Assembly (NCBI GenBank): GCA_040954595.2
Contig: JBECUI020000058.1
Location: 1-50,000 of the forward strand
From: Balanoglossus misakiensis
Lineage: Eukaryota > Animalia > Hemichordata
DNA: 50,000 bases
Reading direction: 5' to 3'
Shown here: in pieces, positions 1 to 12,300 of the stretch
Numbering within the stretch: the first letter of the stretch is position 1
How the letters are laid out: each line of letters begins with the position of its first letter
Notes under the pieces: model-generated
Databases searched by the model: none
Told to the model about the DNA's origin: nothing
The model's input: only the letters and a program-made list of their open reading frames with translations
Translations under genes and position numbers: made by a program

Positions 1-329
1 AAGTAAGTAAGTTAGGTCGTCCAGTGGACACGCGTACTGGGCGTCGACACATCATCGATGGTGGCCCAGGGACGAACTTTGAGCTGATGTGCAGGTCGTT
101 TGCCGGTTAGTTCTTTTGTAAATTGACTAGTACTGTTCAAGCAGGTGTGAAACAGATGCAATACATGGCCCTTTGTCTGTAACAACACAACGCCCGCTTG
201 CCCGTTCAGTAACTCGAACGTTTGCCTCGGTTTTTGTGATAGAAGGCAAACCAGACCGCCTAGCTCACAGACCAAGGCAAAGCTTCGAGCAACTGAACTG
301 CACCCTGCATTAATTTTTCTTTACTCCAG

Positions 330-471
330 GTAACCGTGGTGACTCTACCCTCTCTACCTTTCCCAAGCGTGACGGTGTGCAACACAAACAAGCTAAAGCG
401 AAGTGCCATTGCGCAGTCTCCGTACAAAGAAATGTTACTGATAGACGACAAACCAATATCACCATACCCAA
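330..471 (+). CDS. DEG/ENaC exon with the post-TM1 FPxVTxCN motif (absent from the ORF track)
   Basis: ttactccag|GTAACC...CCAA|gtaag translates to [47 protein letters not shown]. Confidence 0.9.
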
Positions 472-3400
472 GTAAGATTCTTTAATTCCGTGAAATACAA
501 TAGTATTCCAATATATTGAAATCATTGTCTCTTAAGGAGCTCTGGTTTATTTTGGTATAAATTCTACCAATGGCCCAAATGTTTCTCTATACCTCTCAGG
601 TCCATGCATTCCAGGGGACTTTGCTTGTACTGATGGCGAACTTTGCATAAAACGGTTTCTGTTGTGTGATGGGATCAGACATTGCAGTGGCGATCACAGT
701 GACGAAAGAGGCTGCGAATACGGTATGAACAAATCATGCTGACAAACTTGTTTCATGTCATTTTTGTCACCTAGGCAAAAGACAAAATAGAAATGTATGA
801 TAAGTGTCCGCATGAGGCAAACCAACATTTTCATAAAGTGAGAAATATGATAACAAATTGTGTTTTCGAGAGCCACCACTTATTCATATACTTTTATAGC
901 TAGTTAAATTCGACTTTTCGTGTATAGAGTAACTCCGGACTTATTTCGCCATCATTTTCAAGTATAACTGTGTGTTTATCCACTGTATGACATTACTTAT
1001 TTGATGTTTCTGTCATTTTTTCCCCGGATTTTTGTAACCCCAGGGGATTGTGGGGAGGACTACTTCCGTTGTGAGAATGGAAGTGAGGTGGGTCCGTGCA
1101 TTCCCTTGAGTAAAATATGTGACAGGACCTTGGATTGCTATGAAGGAGAAGACGAACGTGATTGCGGTGGGAATTCCTTTTACATGTTCATTTCTTTAGT
1201 ATTAGAATTATAAGAGGAGATTGAGAGATTATAAGAAAGGTAGTACGGATACACAGGACCCAAATAAACCGTTCGGCCATTAATTGTTAGCGGAGTATGA
1301 TTACAAAATCTATGATTGTCAAGATTAAGTAAAGTTCTTCATCGTGGTTTTTTTGGAGGGCATTGAATATTTTGTTTGTTGTTAACATTATAGTATGCAA
1401 GCCGACCGAGTTTAAGTGCAACACACTGGGCGGTTGTATTCCAAAAAAGGGTCGCTGTGATGACAAAAAGGACTGCGTAGACGGCTCGGATGAAGACAAC
1501 TGCCCGGGTAGGTGAAGTAACGTTTCCCCATCATCCATAATTAGTTCCCACCATCTCCTATGTTTTACACGAATCTGCTCTAAAGCGAATTTCCACGATA
1601 AAGTCGCCATTTTTCTTCGTTACATAAAGCATTTTATTTCGATAATTGCAAATACCTTCGATCTTATCTCAAAGGTACACAGTGTGAAAATGGGCATATG
1701 TGCGACCGGAATAACTGTATAACCACAGAATTTGTCTGTGATGGCCACAATGATTGCAGTGACAAATCTGATGAACGAGATTGCCCGACTGACGGTTTAC
1801 CGGCAGGTAAGAACCATTTTTTTCAGAGATGGTTGATAGTTTGCATACTGCTAGGCAAAAACGCCCCTTTTGAATTAGTGTCCTTCTCCACTCTCCGGAT
1901 CATAGGATGAAAATTGCTACTCTCATGTTTGTTTTACACTTTCCTGGTCACTCTCATGCACTTGAATATATGATAATAAGTCTCACCTATATTAAGACAA
2001 GTTGTCTTATCTTATTCCCTTGTGTGTAGAATTCTGTACAAATGGTGAGTTTCGTTGTGTAAGTGGTGGTTGCATACCAGAGTATTGGAAATGTGATGGA
2101 GAACTTGACTGTTTGGACGGGTCTGATGAACATCCGGTTTTGTGTGGAGACGGTAAGATCACCACAATAGTGTCAAATTTTCTTTTGAAACACATTTCTT
2201 GAAACATGCACAACGACTTGTAAAACAAAATGTGTACACCATACGCAAACCTCCCAATTTACCACGCACTTATATTTTTGTCGTCCTTTGATAGATGGTC
2301 AGTGTGGTGCGGGTAATTTTACATGCGATGGTTCTCGGTGTTTGGACCCCACTGTGAGGTGCGATTACATCTTTGACTGTATTGACAAAAGCGACGAAGT
2401 AGATTGCCGTAAGTATGCCAAGTATAGATTTATCACATACATAATTGCAAAGGTGAGGTAGTATATAGAATTTAACCCCAGGGTTTCTATTGAGGCTCGA
2501 TATATTCCATCAAAACGATCACCTTGACTAACGATAGTCGTCGTCATGTACATTTCAGCTTGTGATAATGGATTCGTCTGTTCAAGTGGATTGTGTATTG
2601 ATTCTGGCTGGTTTTGTGATGGTGATGCTGATTGTGAAGGAGGTGACGATGAAGATGAAGACCGCTGTTCGACACTTAGAGGTATAGTTACATGATCGAC
2701 AAACCTGTTTCAAGAATTCTTGACAATTACACCTGTACGTCATGTAAAGGACATACTTCGAATGCATGTTCATGTACATGTATGCATCAATCTATTAATA
2801 TAATTGGCATGCCCACATTATTAGCTGGAATACTGACAATGATCTATGATGGAAATGTTCTATATCGTCTCAGATTGTAATCAATTCCTGAACACATCAT
2901 CCGGGACTGTTTCATCTCACGGAGCATACCCGGATATGAAGTACCCCGGAAACTTGGACTGTAAAATTGTCATCGACATTCGTCACGGAGGCGCAGTATC
3001 TGTGATGCTGTCATTTACAGACTTTGATCTTGAAGACTCGCCAGATTGCGAGTACGATTATGTTGTGGTAAGTCCAATAATATACTGTCATGTACTTGAT
3101 ACATAAATCGCGCGCACGCATATGACATGATGCAAAGTTGACCTTCTGGACAGGATAAGCTTATTACTGGACTAGGTTTGTTTACTGTGAATTAGTACTA
3201 CCAGAGCCAACGAACGTGCATCTATACCTTAATATACAGAAACTTATGGCGTCTCTCAAGTACATAAGTTTTCATTTTCAGTTGGAGGATGCTGTATCTA
3301 GGCGCTTTTCAGAGAAGTTCTGTGGGCAGCAGCTGGTGCAACCTTGGACATCAGATTCTGGAAGAGTACTGATTAAGTTCCATAGCGATCAATCAGTTGG

Positions 3401-3750
3401 CGGCCGAGGATTTCAGTTCAGATATGAAACTGTTGACGGAAACTTCACGAATGGTACTCAATAATAAGAATTGGCTCTCCTGAATTTTATTATTAGATGT
3501 AATTAATAATTTGGGCGAAGGTGCATGTGTGGGGAGTACTAGTAATGACAATGACTTCTTTATAGCAATTTTTGTAATATCAAATATTGATTTGACATTT
3601 CACAGCGTGTTATGGACTCATTTGTGACAATGGTACTGTGTGTATAGCCACTTACCAATTATGTGATGGAATGGCGGATTGTAATGATACAACGGACGAA
3701 GACATTCAACATTGTGGATCGAGAGGTAAGAATTCAAATACTGCTGACAC

Positions 3751-3847
<97 letters not shown>

Positions 3848-6800
3848 CAATAAGACCCTACTACTTCTTTTACAGGATTCTGTAATATGACTTTGAATAG
3901 TACAAACGGAGAAATCGTGTCGCCTTATTATCCACGTGACTATCCAGACGACCTAAACTGTGTGACGGATATCATTGTATCTGAAACAAGTCCTCATACG
4001 ATTGATTTTACGCTTGACGTTGTCAACATTGAAGTTGGTCTGTTTGGCTGTCATTTTGATTATGTTCAGGTTCGTCATGGTCAAGTTCACCTGCATTTCC
4101 TCGTTTTGTGTATTCTACTATCAGTTCTGAGTTAAATGGACGTTTTGATAATAATTTTCCTTTACTCTTTTTTTCATTCCACAGTTTCTCGATTTAAAAA
4201 CATTCCGCAGTTCTGACAGATTTTGTGGACGTAACGTAAATTATTTCTGGACGTCGGACTCAGATTCGGTTTCGGTAACTTTTATCAGTGATGTTTCAAA
4301 CGGCCGAAAAGGATTTCGACTTACTTATGAAGCTGTATCTGTTAATGAAACCATTGACCCTTTACGTAAGTATGTCTATTACATGTCAACAATATCAAAC
4401 TAGTGCACATCTTTTGCACTTGCCATAATCATAAAGTCTATGATTTTCAATATGCCACGATTGTATCATTCCGTGAGGCTTTGAACCACATTAATGGTGA
4501 CTGATATCATTACAGCTTGCTATGGCTTCTCATGTGACAACGGGACATCCTGCATCAACAGCGAACGTGTCTGTGATGGGCGTGGCGACTGCGCAGACGC
4601 TGCAGACGAATCGAATTGTACTCTTCGTAAGTAACTATGAGGGCGCTCGTGACTTCAACCACGAACCACGTGCTCTGACAATACTCAGTGTGTTTACATC
4701 CATATGAAAATCTATCATGTTGTTTACAAATAATGATTTTTGTTATATATGTTCAGTGTAGCCTGGTTCTCAGCCATTTTGTTAACATTTATTGGTTTCA
4801 TCTCACATTGATTTCCTGCAGTGTTTTCTGAATTAAACACTCGTGCTGTAACTGTCATTAACAACGATATCTTTTCTCAGGAAATCCTCCCGACAACGAT
4901 GACGCGACAACGGTTGTAAATTCGCCCATAAATCCAACTCTGACGTCAAATCCTGAAAACGATGAGAGTAAGTGACTGCATGGCCAATCAAATCTGGATT
5001 GTTATTGACATCATGGCTACATACTGCAGTCAAATATGTAGAGTTTGTGTACAAGACACGCATGCTCAAACTGTTTCCTTTTACAGGTACACAGACTGAC
5101 ATATTTGAAGATGGCTGGTACAAGGATTACTCAGATCTAACTCAAGACTTGGACCTTTTCGAAGATTTTCGCAAGTATCACCACATCGATCACAAGTTCG
5201 ATCGAGTGAAGAGCGATGACCCACCGGACTGGGTAGGGTTCATGACCTTTTCGTCAACGCCAGATTTCAGCGACTTGGAAGGTGCTTTGAAGTTGTCCAA
5301 GCAGGAAGTTCGAGAATATGGACACCAGTTAGATGATTTGATTCTACAGTGCACCTATGATGGGAAGCCGTGCAACATGAGGTAGAGGGTTTATTCCTTA
5401 AAACGATGATTTCTCTTTAGGATCTACTTTCATTTCACAAAACCTACAGACGCATATTCTGTATCAAACTGCGACCTTTCTTATTTCAGTCATGATTTCG
5501 ATGCGTTTGAAGACGACAAATATGGCAATTGTTTCAAGTTTAACCACGGCAAAGACGGCCATCCTGTGGCGATTGCAAGCAGAACTGGGCAACAGTATGG
5601 TAGGTACAAAACAAATCACGATTGAACCCCCATAAATTTGTTGATGAAATATTTATATATCGAATAGATGTGAATGACTTTTGATGATATTTATTGCAAT
5701 ATGAAAAAGAAGTACAATGTTATCGGCTCTTTGGTTTAATATTGTTAATGGCTTAATATGACCGTATGTTCGTCTCTCTCTGATTTCACTGACAAAGGAC
5801 TGAAGTTGACGTTATTTATGGAACAAGCGGAGTACATAAGTCTTTACGGACGTGACGTAGGTGCACGTATCACAATTATTCCTCATGACGTTCATGCGTA
5901 TCCTGTGAACGAAGGACTTACAATTAAACCAGGATCAGTGACGTCATTTGGTCTCTCTGAGGTCAGTAGTTTAACTCCTATTTTTTTCCATTTGGATATG
6001 TCCCTGTCTCAGAAATGTTTTGTCTTAAAGTTTCTGGAATATGTAGATTGGCTTAATATTATGATGAAACCATTTAGATTTCTACCTAGAATCATTCACA
6101 ATATTGTAATTTTGAATAAGGATAAAGTGCTCTGTGGCAAATGAAGCCTGTCGATGGAACGGGAAAATGTGATAGGGAGTTGACGATTTTCTTGCACTTT
6201 CCTACGGTTATCATTTAAGCGTCCCGAAACACTGATAAGAACTCCAATATAATTAGCCAGAGTAAACTGAGATTGCTACGCTGAAGTCTGCGTCTGGTTA
6301 CGTTCGTTTTGATCATTAGAACTGATTAGAGCAGTTCTGTATCAACACACTCTGGGGGGTGTCCTGCTTCGAACATGTCTAAAACACATGTGTACACATT
6401 TGTAAAGAGATTTTACACAGTGTCAGTTTTGAAGCAGGATGCCCCCTGTGGTACATGTTGATACAGAGCTATGTAATCAGTTATAATGATCATTGCAAAT
6501 GTAACCATATGCCGACTTCAGCATAAAAATCTCAGTTTACTCTGGCTAATTATATTGGAGTTCTTATCAGTGTTTCGGGACGCTTAAATGATAACTGTAG
6601 TATAGCTCATCTGTACTGAGTCTTCCTGTACTTCTCTGTACCGTTTTTTTCGCAGAATGTGATCGAGCGACTGTCCAGACCATACGGTGATTGTATCAAT
6701 GACCATGAATATCAGACTGGTAACAGCTACCGTTATAAACTCGCGGTAATTATTTCATAATCCATATACAATGTACTATAAATCGACTTTCAAGATATGA

Positions 6801-8681
6801 GTAAATATGGATGAGTGAAATAAAGGGGGTGACAGTGTCCAAATGATGAGTCATATATGATATATGTAAGATTGAACGAAAGCTGCAACTGACAGGCATC
6901 AGTAAATACATTATTGCTTATTAAAACATTTCCACTTAATTCCCAGTCTTGCGAGGAACATTGTCTGGAACGGGAAATTATTTCGAGATGCGGCTGCACG
7001 ATGTTCATACACGATATAAATGATACCGTTACACCTTGTTCGTTGCTCAACAAAACTCAAGGTAATGTGACATCATATTGTTGATTTGTTTCACACATTT
7101 AGTTCGGTGATTCATAATTTCAATTCAAAATATCAAATATCCTAATACTTGAAATTTAGATACTAGTATAGCATAAGTATGTCCATATCTATTCCGGCTG
7201 AACATGGCAGGATTTTCATTCATTTTCACAATCACTTCTTACACACTTTAATATAACAAGAAACTGTAATGTTCAGAGGACTATCTACTTTAAAATAATG
7301 TTTAGCCATGTATTATTTGATAAGCGAGTAATATTTTCTCTCTTCAAAAGATTTGTGTCATCAATTAATGTATTACCTATTTCAAAAGAACAAGTTACCG
7401 TGTGACTGTGAACAGCCATGTTGGTGAGTTGCATCATATAGTCACCTGCATCTCAATTATTGAAGCCCCAGAGCTGCCAAATTTCACATATTTTTTTCAC
7501 GATAAAATACGTCAAATCTTCTCCCCTTCTCTATTGAGCCATATTGTATTGGCATCAGTTTGTCATCTCTTGGCGACGCATACCACTATAGTTGTGTACT
7601 CTTTGTATGGAGGCTTGCTAAATAGGTGGGGTACGGTTACGTTTATTGGTGGTGAGGATAATTGACAACATCTTAACATCTGGCATTGTGACTGTTTCAG
7701 GGATAAATATTACACTCTGGTATCATCGCAGTCGCTGTGGCCTTCATTTGTGTATTTGGTAAGTAACAAGTACTGCATATGGATTTTGAAAGATTGTGTA
7801 TCACAAGTCGTCAGTAACTGCCATAACAATAAGAAATTTGCTCAATTTCCCAATAATTTGCATTTTCTTCAACGGACATCGTGTACAATAACAAGAGCGC
7901 TTTCATATTATTATTTTTTAAATTTGATTCAGCAACACCTTTTGAGGGCATTACATTCAACAAATATCAAAACTCGTGGTATAAACGATATCAACGCTAT
8001 AAGGTGAGTAAGTGGATTTCAAGTTCTATTTGATAAATATCTTTCGTGCCATTTTCACCAGTGTTTCCTGTGTGTGACGAAAATACCTAATGACCCGACT
8101 TTATAAACCATTTTCTTCGCCTGTTAGTGAAAACTTGGCTGGTTTGGAGATATATTTCCGAGAATTGAACTCTATGAAAATCGTCGAACAGCCAGCCTAC
8201 TCAGTGAGTAGTATTCTTGAAAATCCTATTTTACAATGATGAAGTACATTAATTCCAAAGTACTCATAGACTTTTAATATGTCGAAATAAAGATGATGGT
8301 TATTCTTGAGGAAATCATATTGTTACGAGCAACAATCGGATTTTTGTTGCAGAAAAACCCAGGATGCCTGGAAATCTCGCGAGATCTCTGAAATTGCGTT
8401 CGAGAAAATACCTGCAGTGTGCATTGATCAACGATACATCAAGACCCACTACACTACATATAAACAAACTTTTGTGTTCTTCTCATGTTCACTTTTTTTT
8501 TTTACAGATTGAGCAACTATTTAGCGACATCGGTGGAAGTCTGGGCTTGTACATTGGCCTGTCGATCATCACCGTCTTCGAATTTTTAGAATTCCTCATC
8601 CATATTATCACATTTTTGGCAGCGACCCATCGAGTCAGGCAAGTGCAAAAGAGGCTTCGAGACACTGAATCACAGAATTAG
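330..8681 (+). CDS. DEG/ENaC/ASIC-family (amiloride-sensitive-type) cation channel subunit with inserted LDLa and CUB domains; 5'-partial (N-terminus and TM1 lie upstream of the window)
   Basis: Manually joined GT-AG exons: 330-471, 600-722, 1044-1166, 1394-1507, 1675-1806, 2030-2152, 2295-2408, 2559-2681, 2874-3067, 3282-3453, 3606-3725, 3876-4069, 4185-4365, 4516-4626, 5087-5381, 5490-5599, 5798-5961, 6656-6745, 6947-7061, 7351-7423, 7701-7758, 7933-8003, 8128-8203, 8508-8681. Total 3192 nt in one open frame to TAG. Family hallmarks: [12 protein letters not shown] (post-TM1), [34 protein letters not shown], Cys-rich thumb (SCEEHC...RCGC...CDCEQPC), [12 protein letters not shown], and TM2 [28 protein letters not shown]|GTAAGT at positions 1-8 may be the donor of the preceding exon. 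Confidence 0.93.
600..2681 (+). CDS. Seven consecutive single-exon LDL-receptor class A repeats (part of the channel gene)
   Basis: Each exon (114-132 nt, phase 1-1) encodes six Cys and the acidic DxxxDCxDxSDE-type motif, e.g. [37 protein letters not shown]. Confidence 0.93.
2874..4626 (+). CDS. CUB-LDLa-CUB-LDLa module (part of the channel gene)
   Basis: CUB1 = 2874-3067 + 3282-3453 (YPGNLDC...[14 protein letters not shown]...KFCG...[12 protein letters not shown]); LDLa8 = 3606-3725; CUB2 = 3876-4069 + 4185-4365 ([14 protein letters not shown]...CHFDYV...RFCG...[12 protein letters not shown]); LDLa9 = 4516-4626. Confidence 0.92.
3751..3847. repeat. (GAT)n microsatellite in an intron
   Basis: About 32 perfect GAT units between the LDLa8 and CUB2 exons. 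Confidence 0.97.
6205..6597. mobile_element. Intronic hairpin-shaped MITE, probably Tc1/mariner-derived
   Basis: Outer ~70 bp near-perfect inverted repeat (cggttatcatttaagcgtcccgaaacactgataagaactcc... / ...ggagttcttatcagtgtttcgggacgcttaaatgataactg), degenerate complementarity continuing almost to the centre, TA on both flanks, and a right end reading CAGTT on the minus strand. Confidence 0.8.
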
Positions 8682-9259
8682 AGGTGAAGACACGCCTATT
8701 GCTGAATGGTCTGATTTCATAGAAGACAGGAAACAGGAAATGGCTGTCACAGGACCGAGTCTTGCAGTAACACTTCGTTGTCAATTCACCAGTTGTACTT
8801 CAACTCAATGAGCGGGGTGTTCTTCGAAAGTTACAACTTCGACCACATCAATTTCTGACACATTCACCATGATATACAGACAGGACATTATATATTGAAG
8901 ATGAACATTTAAATTTACACCGCTATGCAATGTATTCTATGACGACATTTCATTTTCATAAAATTTAGAACGATATGAACCGCCTAATTCCATTGCCGCT
9001 TCAGTACTATGCAGTTTATATGATAGTATCTTTAAAATATGATGAACTTTTACTTTGTAGCCATATCATGTATTTACTATTTTCCATCGTACAATTATCC
9101 ATAACAAAATAATAGAGTTTTGCGTTATTATCCAACACGCATGTAAAAACTTTATCTCTGCACAGTTCATCATGTCATTTTTATTTGTGTGATTTACGAG
9201 TCCATGATTTGTATTAATTTTTTTCCTTTAGCGTTTTCACTTTTCATTCATTCTTTAGC

Positions 9260-9265
9260 AATAAA
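9260..9265 (+). terminator. Putative polyadenylation signal of the channel gene
   Basis: AATAAA ~580 nt after the stop codon, followed by GT-rich sequence (gattggttgttgattggtt). Confidence 0.6.
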
Positions 9266-9311
9266 TTGATTCTTTGAGGTGATTGGTTGTTGATTGGTTA
9301 AATTTTTGACT

Positions 9312-12300
9312 CAAATTTTGAAAATTCGCAAAGTCGAAAAATCGTCGATTTTTGAACATTTTCCTGAGCTATAACCCATGGTTTTTTCAAAAAATGACCA
9401 AATTTTGAAAATTCGCAAAGTCGAAAAATCGTCGATTTTTGAACATTTTCCTGAGCTATAACCCATGGTTTTTTCAAAAAATGACCAAATTTTGAAAATT
9501 CGCAAAGTCGAAAAATCGTCGATTTTTGAACATTTTCCTGAGCTATAACCCATGGTTTTTTCAAAAAATGACCAAATTTTGAAAATTCGCAAAGTCGAAA
9601 AATCTTCGATTTTTCAACATTTTCCTGAGCTATAACCCATGGTTTTTTCAAAAAATTACCAAATTTTGAAAATTCGCAAAGTCGAAAAATCGTCGATTTT
9701 TCAACATTTTCCTGAGCTATAACCCATGGTTTTTTCAAAAAATGACCAAATTTTGAAAATTCGCAAAGTCGAAAAATCGTCGATTTTTCAACATTTTCCT
9801 GAGCTATAACCCATGTTTTTTTCAAAAAATGACCAAATTTTGAAAATTCGCAAAGTCGAAAAATCGTCGATTTTTCAACATTTTCCTGAGCTATAACCCA
9901 TGGTTTTTTTCAAAAAATGACCAAATTTTGAAAATTCGCAAAGTCGAAAAATCGTCGATTTTTCAACATTTTCCTGAGCTATAACCCATGGTTTTTTCAA
10001 AAAATGACCAAATTTTGAAAAATCGCAAAGTCGAAAAATCGGCGATTTTTGAACATTTTCCTGAGCTATAACCCATGGTTTTTTTCAAAAAATGACCAAA
10101 TTTTGAAAATTCGCAAAGTCGAAAAATCGTCGATTTTTCAACATTTTCCTGAGCTATAACCCATGGTTTTTTCAAAAAATGACCAAATTTTGAAAATTCG
10201 CAAAGTCGAAAAATCGTCGATTTTTGAACATTTTCCTGAGCTATAACCCATGGTTTTTTTCAAAAAATGACCAAATTTTGAAAATTCGCAAAGTCGAAAA
10301 ATCGTCGATTTTTGAACATTTTCCTGAGCTATAACCCATGGTTTTTTTCAAAAAATGACCAAATTTTTGAAAATTCGCAAAGTCGAAAAATCGTCGATTT
10401 TTCAACATTTTCCTGAGCTATAACCCATGGTTTTTTCAAAAAATGACCAAATTTTGAAAATTCGCAAAGTCGAAAAATCGTCGATTTTTCAACATTTTCC
10501 TGAGCTATAACCCATGGTTTTTTCAAAAAATGACCAAATTTTGAAAATTCGCAAAGTCGAAAAATCGTCGATTTTTGAACATTTTCCTGAGCTATAACCC
10601 ATGGTTTTTTCAAAAAATGACCAAATTTTGAAAATTCGCAAAGTCGAAAAATCGTCGATTTTTCGACATTTTCCTGAGCTATAACCCATGGTTTTTTTCA
10701 AAAAATGACCAAATTTTGAAAATTCGCAAAGTCGAAAAATCGTCGATTTTTGAACATTTTCCTGAGCTATAACCCATGGTTTTTTCAAAAAATGACCAAA
10801 TTTTGAAAATTCGCAAAGTCGAAAAATCGTCGATTTTTGAACATTTTCCTGAGCTATAACCCATGGTTTTTTCAAAAAATGACCAAATTTTGAAAATTCG
10901 CAAAGTCGAAAAATCGTCGATTTTTGAACATTTTCCTGAGCTATAACCCATGGTTTTTTCAAAAAATGACCAAATTTTGAAAATTCGCAAAGTCGAAAAA
11001 TCGTCGATTTTTGAACATTTTCCTGAGCTATAACCCATGGTTTTTTCAAAAAATGACCAAATTTTGAAAATTCGCAAAGTCGAAAAATCGTCGATTTTTG
11101 AACATTTTCCTGAGCTATAACCCATGGTTTTTTCAAAAAATGACCAAATTTTGAAAATTCGCAAAGTCGAAAAATCGTCGATTTTTGAACATTTTCCTGA
11201 GCTATAACCCATGGTTTTTTCAAAAAATGACCAAATTTTGAAAATTCGCAAAGTCGAAAAATCGTCGATTTTTCAACATTTTCCTGAGCTATAACCCATG
11301 GTTTTTTCAAAAAATGACCAAATTTTGAAAATTCGCAAAGTCGAAAAATCGTCGATTTTTCAACATTTTCCTGAGCTATAACCCATGGTTTTTTTCAAAA
11401 AATGACCAAATTTTGAAAATTCGCAAAGTCGAAAAATCGTCGATTTTTCAACATTTTCCTGAGCTATAACCCATGGTTTTTTCAAAAAATGACCAAATTT
11501 TTGAAAATTCGCAAAGTCGAAAAATCGTCGATTTTTCAACATTTTCCTGAGCTATAACCCATGGTTTTTTCAAAAAATGACCAAATTTTGAAAATTCGCA
11601 AAGTCGAAAAATCGTCGATTTTTCAACATTTTCCTGAGCTATAACCCATGGTTTTTTCAAAAAATGACCAAATTTTGAAAATTCGCAAAGTCGAAAAATC
11701 GTCGATTTTTGAACATTTTCCTGAGCTATAACCCATGGTTTTTTCAAAAAATGACCAAATTTTGAAAATTCGCAAAGTCGAAAAATCGTCGATTTTTCGA
11801 CATTTTCCTGAGCTATAACCCATGGTTTTTTCAAAAAATGACCAAATTTTGAAAATTCGCAAAGTCGAAAAATCGTCGATTTTTGAACATTTTCCTGAGC
11901 TATAACCCATGGTTTTTTCAAAAAATGACCAAATTTTGAAAATTCGCAAAGTCGAAAAATCGTCGATTTTTGAACATTTTCCTGAGCTATAACCCATGGT
12001 TTTTTCAAAAAATGACCAAATTTTGAAAATTCGCAAAGTCGAAAAATCGTCGATTTTTGAAAATTTTCCTGAGCTATAACCCATGGTTTTTTCAAAAAAT
12101 GACCAAATTTTGAAAATTCGCAAAGTCGAAAAATCGTCGATTTTTGAACATTTTCCTGAGCTATAACCCATGGTTTTTTCAAAAAATGACCAAATTTTGA
12201 AAATTCGCAAAGTCGAAAAATCGTCGATTTTTGAACATTTTCCTGAGCTATAACCCATGGTTTTTTCAAAAAATGACCAAATTTTGAAAATTCGCAAAGT

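Noticed and set aside
3638-3853. Poly-Met ORF
   Set aside because: Read-through of the LDLa8 exon into an intronic (GAT)n microsatellite past the donor at 3725.
600-4626. Independent LRP/matriptase/cubilin-like gene upstream of a channel gene
   Set aside because: The modules are bracketed in frame by DEG/ENaC core exons on both sides and have no own signal peptide, stop codon or protease/TM domain.
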